A DNA stretch of 64,000 nucleotides from Candidatus Bathyarchaeota archaeon (GTDB lineage: Archaea; Thermoproteota; Bathyarchaeia; Bathyarchaeales; Bathycorpusculaceae), in assembly GCA_963780185.1 (NCBI GenBank), contig CAWABA010000006.1, positions 881,404-945,403 of the forward strand, written 5' to 3'. Shown piece by piece: positions 53,096 to 63,904 of this stretch. The notes beneath the pieces were generated by a model. That model was not told where the DNA came from and ran no database searches. It saw only the letters and a list, made by a program, of their open reading frames with translations. A program made the position numbers and the translations under genes. Every line of letters begins with the position of its first letter. The first letter of the stretch is position 1.

Positions 53096-53395
53096 CTAGG
53101 CCTTCCTTGTTTGCTTGAGCACGTAATCAAAATACTTTTCAATTGTCCCTTCAGAGACCCATTCAGCGCGAAGCCGCGTCTTCTTCTCAGCCCTACGCAA
53201 CTCCGAAAGCATCATGCGGTTGAGGTCTTTGGCGCATTCGCCTTTGAATTCAGCGGTCACATCGAACCCGTCGCCGGTTGGTTTCAAGCTCCCGTCTCTG
53301 CCAACCAGTCGTTCTAAAACAGGTTTTATAGCTGCTGGGTTGGCGCTGCTTACGTTTGCAGTGAGCTTTATTTTTTTCTCAGGCATAAAAGTCAA
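53096..53395 (-). CDS. hypothetical protein
   Basis: 99 aa, protein-like composition (G..AKDLNR..LS.LRR.EKKTRLRAEW). Confidence 0.6.
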   Translation of the reverse strand: MTFMPEKKIKLTANVSSANPAAIKPVLERLVGRDGSLKPTGDGFDVTAEFKGECAKDLNRMMLSELRRAEKKTRLRAEWVSEGTIEKYFDYVLKQTRKA

Positions 53396-53461
53396 TCCTT
53401 GCGTTAGGGTCCAGGGCTTGTATGTTTCAAAAAAATTAGCCTAAAATGTTTAAAATTGTGG

Positions 53462-53801
53462 TTATTTTTTGTGTCTTTTGATTCTTTCTTGTCGCTGAGT
53501 CTTCTTGCGCCAATCTTTCTTTCGCTGGGTTGTAACGGTGAATTTTCCGCCTTGCCGTGGCATCTGCTCTACTTTGCGGTAACGTGAAATGTTTACGTAG
53601 AATGTTTCAAGGTCTATTTTATTTGATTTTAAGTCTTCAAGGTTTTGGTTTAATTCTTTTCTGGCATCGTCGCCTGCTTGGTCAAAGGTTTCGGAGTAAA
53701 CAAGGTATGCGGCGTGGAACTGGAAGCTGGAGGGGTCGTCGATTAAAAGTTTCTCTGTTTGGGGTTGGTTGCTGGTTTGGTTCGTTTGGTTCTTCAGTCA
53801 T
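53462..53801 (-). CDS. hypothetical protein with basic C-terminus (frameshift near 53760; missing from ORF track)
   Basis: MTEEPNEPNQQPTP then EKLLIDDPSSFQFHAAYLVYSETFD...RKKDWRKKTQRQERIKRHKK*. Confidence 0.6.
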
Positions 53802-53884
53802 GTAATTCAGCTTTAATGATGAGAAATGTTGTTTTTCCCTCTTTTAAATTTATGCCACACCAAAAGGCTATGTTTCTAACTCAA

Positions 53885-54298
53885 TTAATCGGGCTCTGAT
53901 TTTTTAGCGTCCTTCTCCAGCTGCTCAGGAGCCTGCAGGTCGATTTCGCGTCTGAACTGGTTTTGCGGCGTCATAGGAATAACATGGACGTGCAGGTGAA
54001 ATACGACTTGACCAGCGTCTTTCCCGTTGTTCTGCACTATCCTGATGGCGTCATTGCCCATTGCCTCGTTTACCGCTTGAGCCACCCTCTTAGCTATCTT
54101 AAACAGGTAAGCAGCTTCCTCCTCTGGGATTTCGTAGATGTTAACATAGTGTTTTTTGGGTACGACAAGAGCGTGCCCCTCGTTCACTGGGCGGTTGCTT
54201 AGAAAAGCAGCCACCCGCTCATCCTCATAGACAACGCTTGCAGGTGCCTTTCTTTGGATTATTTGGCAGAACACACAGCTGGATTGAGACATATTCAT
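53885..54298 (-). CDS. HIT family hydrolase
   Basis: CVFCQI, GH.LVVPK.H, NNG..AGQ.VFHLHVHVIP. Confidence 0.95.
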   Translation of the reverse strand: MNMSQSSCVFCQIIQRKAPASVVYEDERVAAFLSNRPVNEGHALVVPKKHYVNIYEIPEEEAAYLFKIAKRVAQAVNEAMGNDAIRIVQNNGKDAGQVVFHLHVHVIPMTPQNQFRREIDLQAPEQLEKDAKKSEPD

Positions 54299-54358
54299 AC
54301 CTTTCAGCGGTTTAAAAGTAGGGTTAGCTTTAATAGAATTTCTGTGGCGTATTTCTTT

Positions 54359-55384
54359 ATGGATACTTTAGTTGATGATGTCGGAAGCTTTCCCCTGGCT
54401 CAGAACGTGAGTAAGGAGGCTTTTAGCGAAGCTTATCGGCTGGCAAGAGTCGCGGCAATCAACGGCAGAAACCCCAGAGCCGACGCTTTTTCGGAGCAGA
54501 ATTTTGCACGGTAGTGCTTGACTCTTTCAGGTTAAAGCTTGCGTCGGGATTAGACGTTGCTAATTTTCCTCAGCAGTACGATGGTTTGCGGCAGATTGGA
54601 GACGTTTTGCATGAGGCAATGGAGAAGGGTTCTTTTCTTGTAGATGAGAAAGAGGCGGTATTGCCTGAAGTGTACCTGATCAATCAGGAAGCCAAGGCGC
54701 TCAGCGAGGAATTCGGCAGAAAGATCCAGTTAAGAGTCTCTATTTTTGGTCCCCTTGAACAGTATCTGCATGAAGTCGGAAACACGGCTTATCAAGATGT
54801 GTTGGAGGGTTTAGCTGGGACGATTCAGCGGTTCGCGAAAAATAGCGTTTTAAACAGCAAGTACATCGAGACGACGGTGGTTTCGATTGATGAGCCAAGC
54901 TTCGGCTTCAACAACATCCAAGCCCCATCAGATGTTGTTTGTGGATTGCTGGAAAAAGCCTTCGACTTCGGGGGGGCGGTTCGACAAATCCATCTTCATT
55001 CGGCGGCGGGAATCCATGACTTGCTTTGCGTAAAAAACCTCGACGTGCTCTCGTTTGAATATGCGGCTTCGCCGAAAAACATCGATGCAGTTCCTAAAAG
55101 CATGCTTGAAACGGTTTGATAAGCAAATTCGGGTAGGCATCGCCCGAACAGACATCGACGGCATTTTGGCTGAGCTTTACGAGAAAGGCGTCGCGAAGCC
55201 TTCAGCCGGGCAGATGGTTGAGCCGGAGGAAACAATAAAGAAAAGGTTCAGGGTTGCTAAAGAAAAGTATGGGGAGCGGATGACGTTTACGGGTCCTGAC
55301 TGCGGTTTAGGAGGCTGGCCCAGCCAAGAGGCAGCCGCGCTGTTGCTTAAACGCACGGTTAAGGCAGTTAGAGCCGCTCAATAA
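54359..55384 (+). CDS. MetE-like catalytic-domain methionine synthase family protein (frameshifts near 54510 and 55115)
   Basis: DDVGSFP, GP, SIDEPS, QIHLH, GPDCGL Zn-ligand motif. Confidence 0.8.
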
Positions 55385-56266
55385 TTATTCTTGCGTTGTC
55401 GGCGGCTGTTCGGAAGACCGCTGTTGGGTTCTTGTTGTAGGTGGTCTTGTCTTTGCGTGTTCCTGTTGTGCTGTGGTTAGGTCTTTGAAGCCGTATGTTC
55501 CGATGGGCGGCCAACCTGCCTCTGGCATAGATGCTGGTATCAGCATTATGGTGTTTGTTTGCGATTGTTGTCCTAATTCGTAGAGGATGTTCATCCACCT
55601 AAGTCTTAGTCCGTCTGGGCTTGCCTCATAGGCTTTTGCTGCTTCAATCATTTTTTGTGACGCTTCAAACTCGGCTGTCGCTAAGGTTACTCTTGCCAGG
55701 CGTTCCCGTTCTGCTTGTGCTTGACGACTCATTGCGTCTTGCAGGTTACCTGGGATTATAACGTCTCTGACTTCGACTGCGGTAACTTTGATACCCCATG
55801 ATTCTGTTTTTTCGTCTATGATTTCGCGTAGTTTAGCTCCGACTTTTTCGCGTTCTGCGAGTAGTTCGTTTAGGCTTTGTTTGCCGATGACTTCTCGCAG
55901 TGTGGTTTGTGAGGCGAGTTGTGTTGCTTGGTAGTAGTTTTCTACTTGAAGGACTGCTTTTTCCAGGTCAACGGGTTTCATGTAGAGTACGGAGTCGACG
56001 TTTACTGGGACGTTGTCTTTAGTTAGGGTTGATTCGGTTCGGAACTGTATGGTGTCGAGTCGGGTTGAGATTTTGAGGGGAGCGCGGTCGATTATGGGGA
56101 CAAGGTAGATTATTCCTGGTCCTTTTAAGCCGATGTAGCGTCCTAGACGCAGCACAGGCATTCTTTCCCATTCCTTCAGCACACGTATCCCGCTTAGCAG
56201 GAAGATTATCACGATGAAAACAATGAAGCCTATTAGGCCGATTAAAAGTGGATCCATCTTTTTCAA
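55385..56266 (-). CDS. stomatin/slipin SPFH protein
   Basis: EWER..VLRLG, GPG, TKDNV.V.VD, QTTLR.VIG, WGIKV..VE..DV, QAQAERER. Confidence 0.95.
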   Translation of the reverse strand: MKKMDPLLIGLIGFIVFIVIIFLLSGIRVLKEWERMPVLRLGRYIGLKGPGIIYLVPIIDRAPLKISTRLDTIQFRTESTLTKDNVPVNVDSVLYMKPVDLEKAVLQVENYYQATQLASQTTLREVIGKQSLNELLAEREKVGAKLREIIDEKTESWGIKVTAVEVRDVIIPGNLQDAMSRQAQAERERLARVTLATAEFEASQKMIEAAKAYEASPDGLRLRWMNILYELGQQSQTNTIMLIPASMPEAGWPPIGTYGFKDLTTAQQEHAKTRPPTTRTQQRSSEQPPTTQE

Positions 56267-56298
56267 ACCTCAACTAAGCTATTCAGCGCTTTACAGAA

Positions 56299-56703
56299 TT
56301 AAGCTTTTTGCTCGGCTGCTTTAACCACAAGCGTTAAGCCATCCATGGCGATGACCTGCACGGTTTGTCCTGCGGCGATGGTTGCTTCTTGTGCGGTGGC
56401 TTCCCAGAACTCGCTCATAACGCGGACTTCGCCTCTGGGCGTGAGGGGGGTTGTGGCTGTGCCTGTGGCGCCGATTAAGGCTTCTTTGCCTGTTTTGACG
56501 TGTTTGAATTGGGCTTTGAATCCTTCGGCGAATATGACTATGATGATTGCTGCGACGGCGAAGAGGGTTGCGGCGAGGGCTGCTTCATCTACGGCGGCTA
56601 ACCCGATGAAGCTAACTCCGACGACGGCTACGTATAGGAGGAAGGCTCCGACGGCTACTAGAACCCCGATGAGTAAACCAAGCGAAACATGCATCCATGT
56701 CAC
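56299..56703 (-). CDS. NfeD-family protein (short form)
   Basis: 2 TM, TG.EALIG..G, L.P.G.V....E.W.A, V.V....GLTL.V; upstream of stomatin. Confidence 0.9.
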   Translation of the reverse strand: MTWMHVSLGLLIGVLVAVGAFLLYVAVVGVSFIGLAAVDEAALAATLFAVAAIIIVIFAEGFKAQFKHVKTGKEALIGATGTATTPLTPRGEVRVMSEFWEATAQEATIAAGQTVQVIAMDGLTLVVKAAEQKA

Positions 56704-56744
56704 CGCTCACTATGTTAGGCAGAATCAGCTTATAAGATTGATTG

Positions 56745-56890
56745 GCTGGGGGGTTGGCTGGTTTTTGTTGTTGGTGTTTTGGGTTGCTTTTTTGGTTTGG
56801 GGTTGGTGGTGTTGGTGGGTTGAGTCAAGGGTAGTCTGTAATAGTCAAGGATAGTCTGTAGAAGTCAAAATTAGTCAAGGAAAGTCACAA
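56745..56890. repeat. G/T-rich tract followed by seven AGTC motifs at 10-bp spacing
   Basis: tgAGTCaagg gtAGTCtgta atAGTCaagg atAGTCtgta gaAGTCaaaa ttAGTCaagg aaAGTCacaa. Confidence 0.8.
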
Positions 56891-56925
56891 AGAAGCGCCC
56901 TTTAGTGGGCAGAAAAAGAGGCTGC

Positions 56926-57674
56926 TTAGGTTTCCAGCAGGGTCTGCAGGAGCTTAATGGCTGACCACGCCGCCAACGCGCTCGTATGCGGGTTATCCGG
57001 GTGCGGGTCGTTTGCGAAGCGCAGCTGCATCTCGCCGAACCGCCATTTAGCTTAAATTTCATGGGTGTTCCGTGTTAACTTTGGGTCAGAGACTACTTGA
57101 CCTTAACCTTTACGGGCTTAACGGTAAGCGCCAAGCGTTGCCGCAACATTCATTTCCCGCGGAAATTTTTTAGCTGCCTCCTCAGCAGAGCCCTCGTACA
57201 TGACTCTTCCTTCTTTGTTGCTTGCGCCAAAAGCCTTTGGGTTTTTGCGGCTGGTCAAAGTGACCTCGTCGATGCCTGCCAACGCCGCGCTGGACAGGGC
57301 ATCTAAGCCGCCAATGGCGCCCGAAGGAACATGAACCCGCCCAAATCCACATTCATGTCGAGAAGCGCTCCCGTGCTCATTACAATAGCTTCGGCTCCTG
57401 ACGCGACGATTTTGGGTACAACTTCTTTGGCTGCCTGCTGCGACGCCGCTTCCACCACGACGTTGGGTTTCTGGGCAAGCAGTTCATCCACGCTTGCGGC
57501 TACCGTGACGGGGAATTTGAGAGCTGCTTTGAGTTTCTGCGATTTGGAGGCGTCGATGTCAAAAACGACCAGTTCATCGCAGTCTACGAGTTTGCGTTCT
57601 ATGGCTTCAGCTAAGACGGTACCGATTGCCCCGCACCCGATCAAACCAACCGTCTTCTTTGCCGCGGTTCTCAC
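56926..57674 (-). CDS. nadX: L-aspartate dehydrogenase (several frameshifts)
   Basis: GLIGCGAIG, VVEAAS, S.GAL; other frames give PSGAIGGLD, RKNP, FP..MNVAA, N.HEI, P..NP.TS.LAA.S. Confidence 0.88.
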
Positions 57675-57900
57675 GATTTTTGCCTCAGATTCCCATTTTG
57701 CTTCTTGCCGTTAAAGCTGACGGTAGGAAAACTAGAATATGTCCTAAAAACGTTACCCGTTTCAGATACAGAGCAAGTTCTACAACAACGATACAAAAAA
57801 AAGAACTGAAATTTGTTCCCATCAAATATACCGCAGTTTTTCGAGTTCCAGCATTTTTTACTCACTCCAAGTTACCCGCATTTTCCCTTTTTCGATCCTC

Positions 57901-58662
57901 TTAGCTGACCACTTTTCTGAATAGGTACAGAGTAGCGCCGAAAGTCACAATCGCAATCACTCCGATTACAGCGTAAGCAGAAGCAAACGTACTCCAAGTC
58001 AACCCGCCCTCGATTAAGCCCCTTGTTACGTTAGAAACATAACTCAATGGGTTGTAGTCAGAAATGGTTCGTGCCCAAAGAGGCATGATTGATGTGGGAA
58101 AGAGACCGCTGCTAATAAAGATAAGTGGTAAGGCTATAATATTGGACATTGCTGATAGAGTTTCTGCGTTCTTTGTCTTCAAGCCCAAGGCAAGTGAGAT
58201 CCCTGACCAAGCAAGTCCGAAGAAGGCAAAAGTCACGAAAATGAGTAAGAGTCCACCGACCCCGGTTGCGATTCTAAGACCCAGCAGCATTGCCACTCCA
58301 AGTATTATGGCTGACTGTGCCATGAGCACGAGTATGTCGCTCATCAAGCGACCAAGCAAAATTGCCGATCTGCTAGCAGGAGTTAAAAGCACTTTCTGAA
58401 GAAACCCCGAGTTAAGATCATTCACAATCGACTGGCCCGACGGCATACCAATTACTAAATTCAACACCAATATCCCAGGCGTAAGGTAAGCAAGGTAACT
58501 CCCAGTGGGTCCTAGAAAAATGCCGAGTTTTTGAAGTAACTGCGAGAAAAGGATCAGAAACAGCAATGGCGTGAAGAGGTGGACAAACAGTAGAGTAGGG
58601 TTTCTCCAGAGTTTTGTTAAAGCTCTTTGGAACAAGGATTGAATGTCATAAAATAGTGTCAT
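57901..58662 (-). CDS. ABC-2 type exporter permease
   Basis: 6 TM, YL.PG, D...G.L...L.TP.SR..I..G, MP.W......NPLSY. Confidence 0.92.
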   Translation of the reverse strand: MTLFYDIQSLFQRALTKLWRNPTLLFVHLFTPLLFLILFSQLLQKLGIFLGPTGSYLAYLTPGILVLNLVIGMPSGQSIVNDLNSGFLQKVLLTPASRSAILLGRLMSDILVLMAQSAIILGVAMLLGLRIATGVGGLLLIFVTFAFFGLAWSGISLALGLKTKNAETLSAMSNIIALPLIFISSGLFPTSIMPLWARTISDYNPLSYVSNVTRGLIEGGLTWSTFASAYAVIGVIAIVTFGATLYLFRKVVS

Positions 58663-58674
58663 TTTTAGTTTACC

Positions 58675-59676
58675 TCACATTAAGATTTGTTCGGTGGGTT
58701 TTCTGCCGAGTTCTTCGGGTCTTATTCTTCTGCCCGTATGGTGCAGGAAAACATCATCAAGTGTTGGAGAGGACATGTTCAAAGAAGTCGGGCGAATGTT
58801 GTTGCGGTCCAACGCTGTAACTACGTCAGCTATTATTTCGTTTGCGTTCTTCGCATGAGCAGTAATGCCGCCGTCTGAATCAGTAACATCCACTACTCCC
58901 GGAATTTCTTGCAAAGTCCTTTTCGTTTCGGATCTCAACAAGGAATCTTTTGGGTTCTTAAGTGAAAGAGTTATGGTGTCATGTCCGATTGCTTGCTTGA
59001 GTTCTGTTGGCGAACCACCAGCAACAATCTTCCCGTGGTCAATTATTGAGAGTCGCCGGCAGAGCTTGTCTGCCTCCTCCAAGTACTGAGTCGTCAAAAA
59101 TATTGTAATGCCTTCTTCCCTGTTTAGCTCATCCAGGTAGTCCCATATTGACGCACGGGCTTGAGGATCAAGCCCAGTCGTCGGCTCATCAAGGAAAAGT
59201 AATTTAGGCTTATGAATTAGGGCAGAGGCGAGGTCAAGCCTTTTTTTCATGCCGCCTGAATATCGGCCAGCAGGTTTGTTTGCGAATTCTTCAAGCTGCA
59301 CAGTTTTCAGTAGCTCGTCTACTCGTTTCTCTAAGGCGCTACCATGCATTTGTTGGAGACGACCTTGAAGACGGAGGTTTTCTTTGCCTGTTAGGTCAAC
59401 GTCTATTATGGTTTCTTGTGTGAGGACTCCGATGACTTTTCGGATTTCCTTTGGCGATTTTTCTAAATCGTAACCAGCTACTTGCACGTGCCCTGAAGTC
59501 TTTCTGAGGAGCGTGGTGAGGATTTTGATTGTGGTGCTTTTTCCTGCGCCATTCGGCCCCAGAAACCCGAAAAACTCGCCTTCTTTCACATTAAAAGAGA
59601 TCCCTTCAAGTGCTCTTGTGCCGTCAGCATAGACCTCTACGAGGTTTTCGACCGAAATAATATCCGATGGTTCCAT
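58675..59676 (-). CDS. DrrA-like ABC exporter ATPase
   Basis: GPNGAGKST, YSGGMKKRL, LFLDEPTTGLDP, TL.DVF..TG. Confidence 0.95.
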   Translation of the reverse strand: MEPSDIISVENLVEVYADGTRALEGISFNVKEGEFFGFLGPNGAGKSTTIKILTTLLRKTSGHVQVAGYDLEKSPKEIRKVIGVLTQETIIDVDLTGKENLRLQGRLQQMHGSALEKRVDELLKTVQLEEFANKPAGRYSGGMKKRLDLASALIHKPKLLFLDEPTTGLDPQARASIWDYLDELNREEGITIFLTTQYLEEADKLCRRLSIIDHGKIVAGGSPTELKQAIGHDTITLSLKNPKDSLLRSETKRTLQEIPGVVDVTDSDGGITAHAKNANEIIADVVTALDRNNIRPTSLNMSSPTLDDVFLHHTGRRIRPEELGRKPTEQILM

Positions 59677-59787
59677 TTATTTTTCACTTCATGTAATTTC
59701 CTGATACATAGTGGCTGTTTCGGATTAAGCTTGTAGCGAGCATATTCGTTGCAACATTTATTATTGAATAGCTGCAATGTAAATCAC

Positions 59788-60519
59788 ATGCGCAGACTAG
59801 TTGTAGAGTGGTCAATCAACGAAGCAATTAAACAAATTAAGGAGAGAGAAATCGAGAAACTCAAAAAGTCCGGAGAGCAGGACGATTCAGAACTAGTCAA
59901 AAAAGCTGAATTGAATGAATTAAACAGGCTTGAGACAATTAAAAAAATCAAATCATTTGAGGTGCTTCACATTTTAAGATTTGATTCCTCTGAAACGGCA
60001 GCAATATTCAGATTAGAGCCCAAGGATAACTCTTTGGAAGTTGAAGAACTCTTAAAATCAATCCTTCAAAACCTCAACGTCGAATATCAGCTTTTAGAAC
60101 AGGATAGAGGCGCTTGCATCTATTTTATCAAGGGAAAAACGGTTCAGCCAAGTTCAGGAACACCCAACAGAAGCGGAATGTACCCCCTGTTGCCTTTTGC
60201 TGTCAGGGATGGAAAAGTTAGAGTTACCCTTGTCGGAGATAACGAGCAGGTTAAGGAGTTCCTTGAAAATAGAGGGGTTAACTATAAGGTGCTGTCGCTA
60301 ACGGACGCTAAATTCTCGCCTAATTCGCCGATTAGCCGCTTAACCGAAAAACAACAAGAAGCCATTTCCCTAGCGTTTAGGCTCGGCTACTTTGATACGC
60401 CCCGAAAAATAAGCGCCGACGAACTTGCAGCAAAGCTTGGTCTTGCGAGTTCTACTTTAGCTGTTCATTTAAGAAGAGCGGAACGTCGCTTACTCGCTGA
60501 AATGTTAAATGAACAATAG
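59788..60519 (+). CDS. HTH-10 (bacterio-opsin activator type) regulator
   Basis: LTEKQ.EAI..A...GYFD.PRK.....LA..LG...ST...HLRRAE. Confidence 0.92.
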   Translation: MRRLVVEWSINEAIKQIKEREIEKLKKSGEQDDSELVKKAELNELNRLETIKKIKSFEVLHILRFDSSETAAIFRLEPKDNSLEVEELLKSILQNLNVEYQLLEQDRGACIYFIKGKTVQPSSGTPNRSGMYPLLPFAVRDGKVRVTLVGDNEQVKEFLENRGVNYKVLSLTDAKFSPNSPISRLTEKQQEAISLAFRLGYFDTPRKISADELAAKLGLASSTLAVHLRRAERRLLAEMLNEQ

Positions 60520-60640
60520 TTGAGCTTATTGAGGGCAATAAGCGATTCTGAACATAATCATTTGTTAAACGCAACGCTAAAGAAACCCAAGCCCCATAGA
60601 CATTGACTGTGATTTGCATGGCACAAAACAGGAACACGAA

Positions 60641-61884
60641 ATGATAAGCGGCGATTTAGCTCAATGCATACTGCTGATTCTTCGCAAAGAAGGCGCCCAA
60701 ACCCTGCCGCAACTCCAAGAAAAAACTGCCCTGCAAACCTCAGGTTTACACAACCAGAGTGGAGAACGGCATGCACGTTCCGAAACGTTGAGTGTCGATA
60801 TCAACATGCGATGACATGGTAGCGCAAAAAATGGATAAAACTTACCGATAATGCTACGTACGAGTTAACGGCTGAAGGCAAGGTGCAAGCGGAGGAGATC
60901 GCCAATAACATGGAAAGTGTCGTCCACAGGATTGAAACCCAGATCTTAAGCCCCTCTGCTGCTGCGAGGAACGCGACCGCCAGTTACTTTGTGTTAGCTA
61001 TACTGAAGATGTTGGCTGGGTTTTTTAGTGGTAGCGTCGGTTTGATCGCTGATGGCGCAGACACAACAGTCGATACAGCGTCTTCGGCGAATTGTTTGGG
61101 CTAGGCATAAAACTTAAGAAAAGAAACCTTGGCACGATAATCATACTTGGGTTGATGTTTCTAACAGCCGCTATTCTATTTTATGACTCAGCAAGTTCCT
61201 TAATTCAGCGGGTACATGGGATTTTCTTGCCCATATCTATGCCAATAGTGGTAATAATAATTGAACTCATAGCTATGCTATCAATGATTGTTCTTTCGCT
61301 TTACCAGCGGGTTGTGGGAAACAGAAACCAGAGCTTAGCGCTAATATCCCAATCTATCGACGCCAAAAACAGCGTATATTCCTCGGCTGCTGTTATTGTG
61401 GGCGTAATCTTCTCTATATTTGGCATATACTGGGTAGATGCGATAGTTGGAGCCTTCATAGCTGTAAGAATCAGCATTGATGGAGTAAGTTTAACCCGAG
61501 AAGTCTGCCAAATCGATGAGGGGGCAACTGCCCGAGTTTTCAAAGTTCAAGTTGCCAATCGAAAGACGATTTGAGCAGAGCCGTTTGGACAACTTCCGAA
61601 ACTGGATATTATACTCCATTTACAAAGACAAATCAAGCACTAAACAGGAGCTCGTGGCTTCGCTGGAAAAAACTTTCCGACCCAGCTACATGCCCACATC
61701 ATTCAATGAATTCAGAGTTGGAACGGGCGTTGATTTCGAAAACGACTTTTCTGACCTTATCCAACCCTTAATCGCTGAGGCATACCTCGTCGAAACAAAC
61801 GGAGCTTACTCGCTAACGAGTAAAGGTAAAACCTTCATTAAAGATACGGTGGATACTCTGCGATATAAAGAAACCGAACTCTAA
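60641..61884 (+). CDS. cation diffusion facilitator-like transporter with terminal winged-helix-like domains (multiple frameshifts)
   Basis: LK..AG..SGS..LIAD..D...D; S.AL.....D; D.I.G..IA; flanking YELTAEGK and YSLTSKGK wing motifs. Confidence 0.7.
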
Positions 61885-61902
61885 AGCGTGAGGAGAAATA
61901 AG

Positions 61903-62511
61903 ATGAAAATCATCGGATTTATCGCAAGTCCACATAAAGAAGGCAATACCGCCTGGATAGTAAACAAAATACTCGAAGGTGCGAAAGAACAGGGCGCCGA
62001 AACTCAATCCTGGTATTTCAGCGATCTTGATATCAAACCGTGCCAGGGTTGTCTTGGCTGCCACAAGGGCGATCGAGGTTGTGTTATCAACGACGACATG
62101 CAGAAACTTAATGTTGCGATTGATCATGCCGATGCCATTGTTTTCGGCTCGCCGATTTACATGGGGCAGATGAGTGCCCAGGCGAAGATATTCATCGACA
62201 GGCTGTTTGCGGTAATCTCTCCGCGATTCTCTCCGTATTTCAAAGAAGAAAATGCCGCGAAAAAAAAGCTGATTCTTACCTTTAATCAGGGTAATCCTGA
62301 TTCCAGCATGTTCCAGGTGTATATTGATTATACGAAACACATGTTTGAGATGCTGGAATTTGATGTTAAAGAGGTACCTGTCATTACCGGTATGCGAAAT
62401 GGACCGGCGCATGAAAGAAAAGATCTGCACAATGTCCTGAAGGATATCGGTTCATCGTTGGTTTCGGAATTTGGGAACCATTCCCGGAATAATAAAGTGG
62501 AAATCAGGTAA
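61903..62511 (+). CDS. flavodoxin-like iron-sulfur flavoprotein / NADPH-dependent FMN reductase
   Basis: ASP...GNT, C..C..C.....C...DD, GSPIY, K.FIDR. Confidence 0.92.
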   Translation: MKIIGFIASPHKEGNTAWIVNKILEGAKEQGAETQSWYFSDLDIKPCQGCLGCHKGDRGCVINDDMQKLNVAIDHADAIVFGSPIYMGQMSAQAKIFIDRLFAVISPRFSPYFKEENAAKKKLILTFNQGNPDSSMFQVYIDYTKHMFEMLEFDVKEVPVITGMRNGPAHERKDLHNVLKDIGSSLVSEFGNHSRNNKVEIR

Positions 62512-62579
62512 GAACAACTGATTGTTCGATAAATCAGAGCAAATTGGCAGAAAATAAGGCTGCAGTCAAAAAGATAGGC

Positions 62580-62601
62580 GCACCTTCAGAAGGTGCTTTT
62601 T
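62580..62601 (+). terminator. palindrome plus T-tract
   Basis: GCACCTTC-A-GAAGGTGC followed by TTTTT. Confidence 0.45.
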
Positions 62602-62968
62602 GTGACAATTATGTAATGTCGATAAGTGTTGTTAGTCGGTCTCTGACGTTTTTGAGTTTATCGATATTTTGAGTAATCTTGGAGGGTTCCATGCGTTTTA
62701 GGTCTTCAGGATAAGAAATGTAGCTGTTCATTTCTTCTATCGCACGTCTGCGGCTTACAGCAATTACAATATATTGCAGCCATATGCATTTGATAATTTG
62801 ATAATATTGGGTACACTATGCATATTAATCTCCAAAGCATTAACATGATAGCAGCAAAACAGTAAATTCGTTTAAACTGTTTAGTGCGAATATACTGTTT
62901 TATTAGCAAAATTATTGCATAGACAACTCCATAGACAACGCTATGCATATTGAAGAGGACGCAAAAAA

Positions 62969-63904
62969 ATGAGCAAAAAAGAAGAACTAAAACACAAACA
63001 CGCTACAGACAAATGCCCAGAATGCGGTGGCGACAACTTAGTTCACGATTACGACACTGGAGAAACAGTGTGCGGTGACTGCGGACTAGTCATCTACGAG
63101 CAAATGATGGATAAAGGGCCAGAGTGGCGCGCGTTTACCCAAGAGGAGAAAGCTTCCAGAAGTCGCGTTGGAGTTCCCACATCCTATTCGGTTCATGACA
63201 AAGGATTATCCACAGCCATCAGCCAAGTGGACCGAGATGCATTTGGACGAAAACTTCCCTTGGCGACAAGGCTGCAAATGTGGCGCCTTAGGAAATGGCA
63301 AATACGCAGCCGAGTACATTCATCAGTCGACAGAAACCTTGCTCAAGCCATGGCAGAACTAGATAGACTCTCAGACAAACCCTACATTCCACCATCAGTA
63401 AAAGAAAAAGCCGCCGTCGTTTACAGAAAAGCCTTAGATAAAGGCCTTGTTCGAGGAAGATCAATTGCCGCTATCGCTGCTGCTTCGCTTTACGCTGCCT
63501 GTCGTGCAAGCGGAACACCACGTGCATTAAATGAAATTGCTGAAGCCAGCCTCGTGACAAGAAAGATGTTTCAAGATGCTATAGGCTATTATTGACACAG
63601 TTGGACTTGCACGTACCTATCGCTGATGCACGCACATATGTTTCTAAAATCGCGAAAAAACTGGGATTTCAGGGAAGACTCAGGGTAAAGCCATCCAGAT
63701 TCTCATGGACGCCAAACGAAAGCGTGCTGTGGCGGGAAAAGATCCAATGGGTTTAGCTGCCGCCGCCCTGTACATTGCTTGCTTACAAAACAGCGAGAAA
63801 AAGACCCAAAAAGACATCGCTGAAGCAGCTGGCGTAACAGAAGTCACCGTACGCAATCGTTACAAAACACTCAAAAAGCAGTTGAATTAGAGTTGCCCGA
63901 TTAG
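62969..63904 (+). CDS. tfb: transcription initiation factor IIB (frameshifts between 63560 and 63890)
   Basis: CPECG...[49 protein letters not shown]. Confidence 0.95.

Noticed and set aside
56821-56890. CRISPR array
   Set aside because: 10-bp period with no unique spacers and no cas genes.
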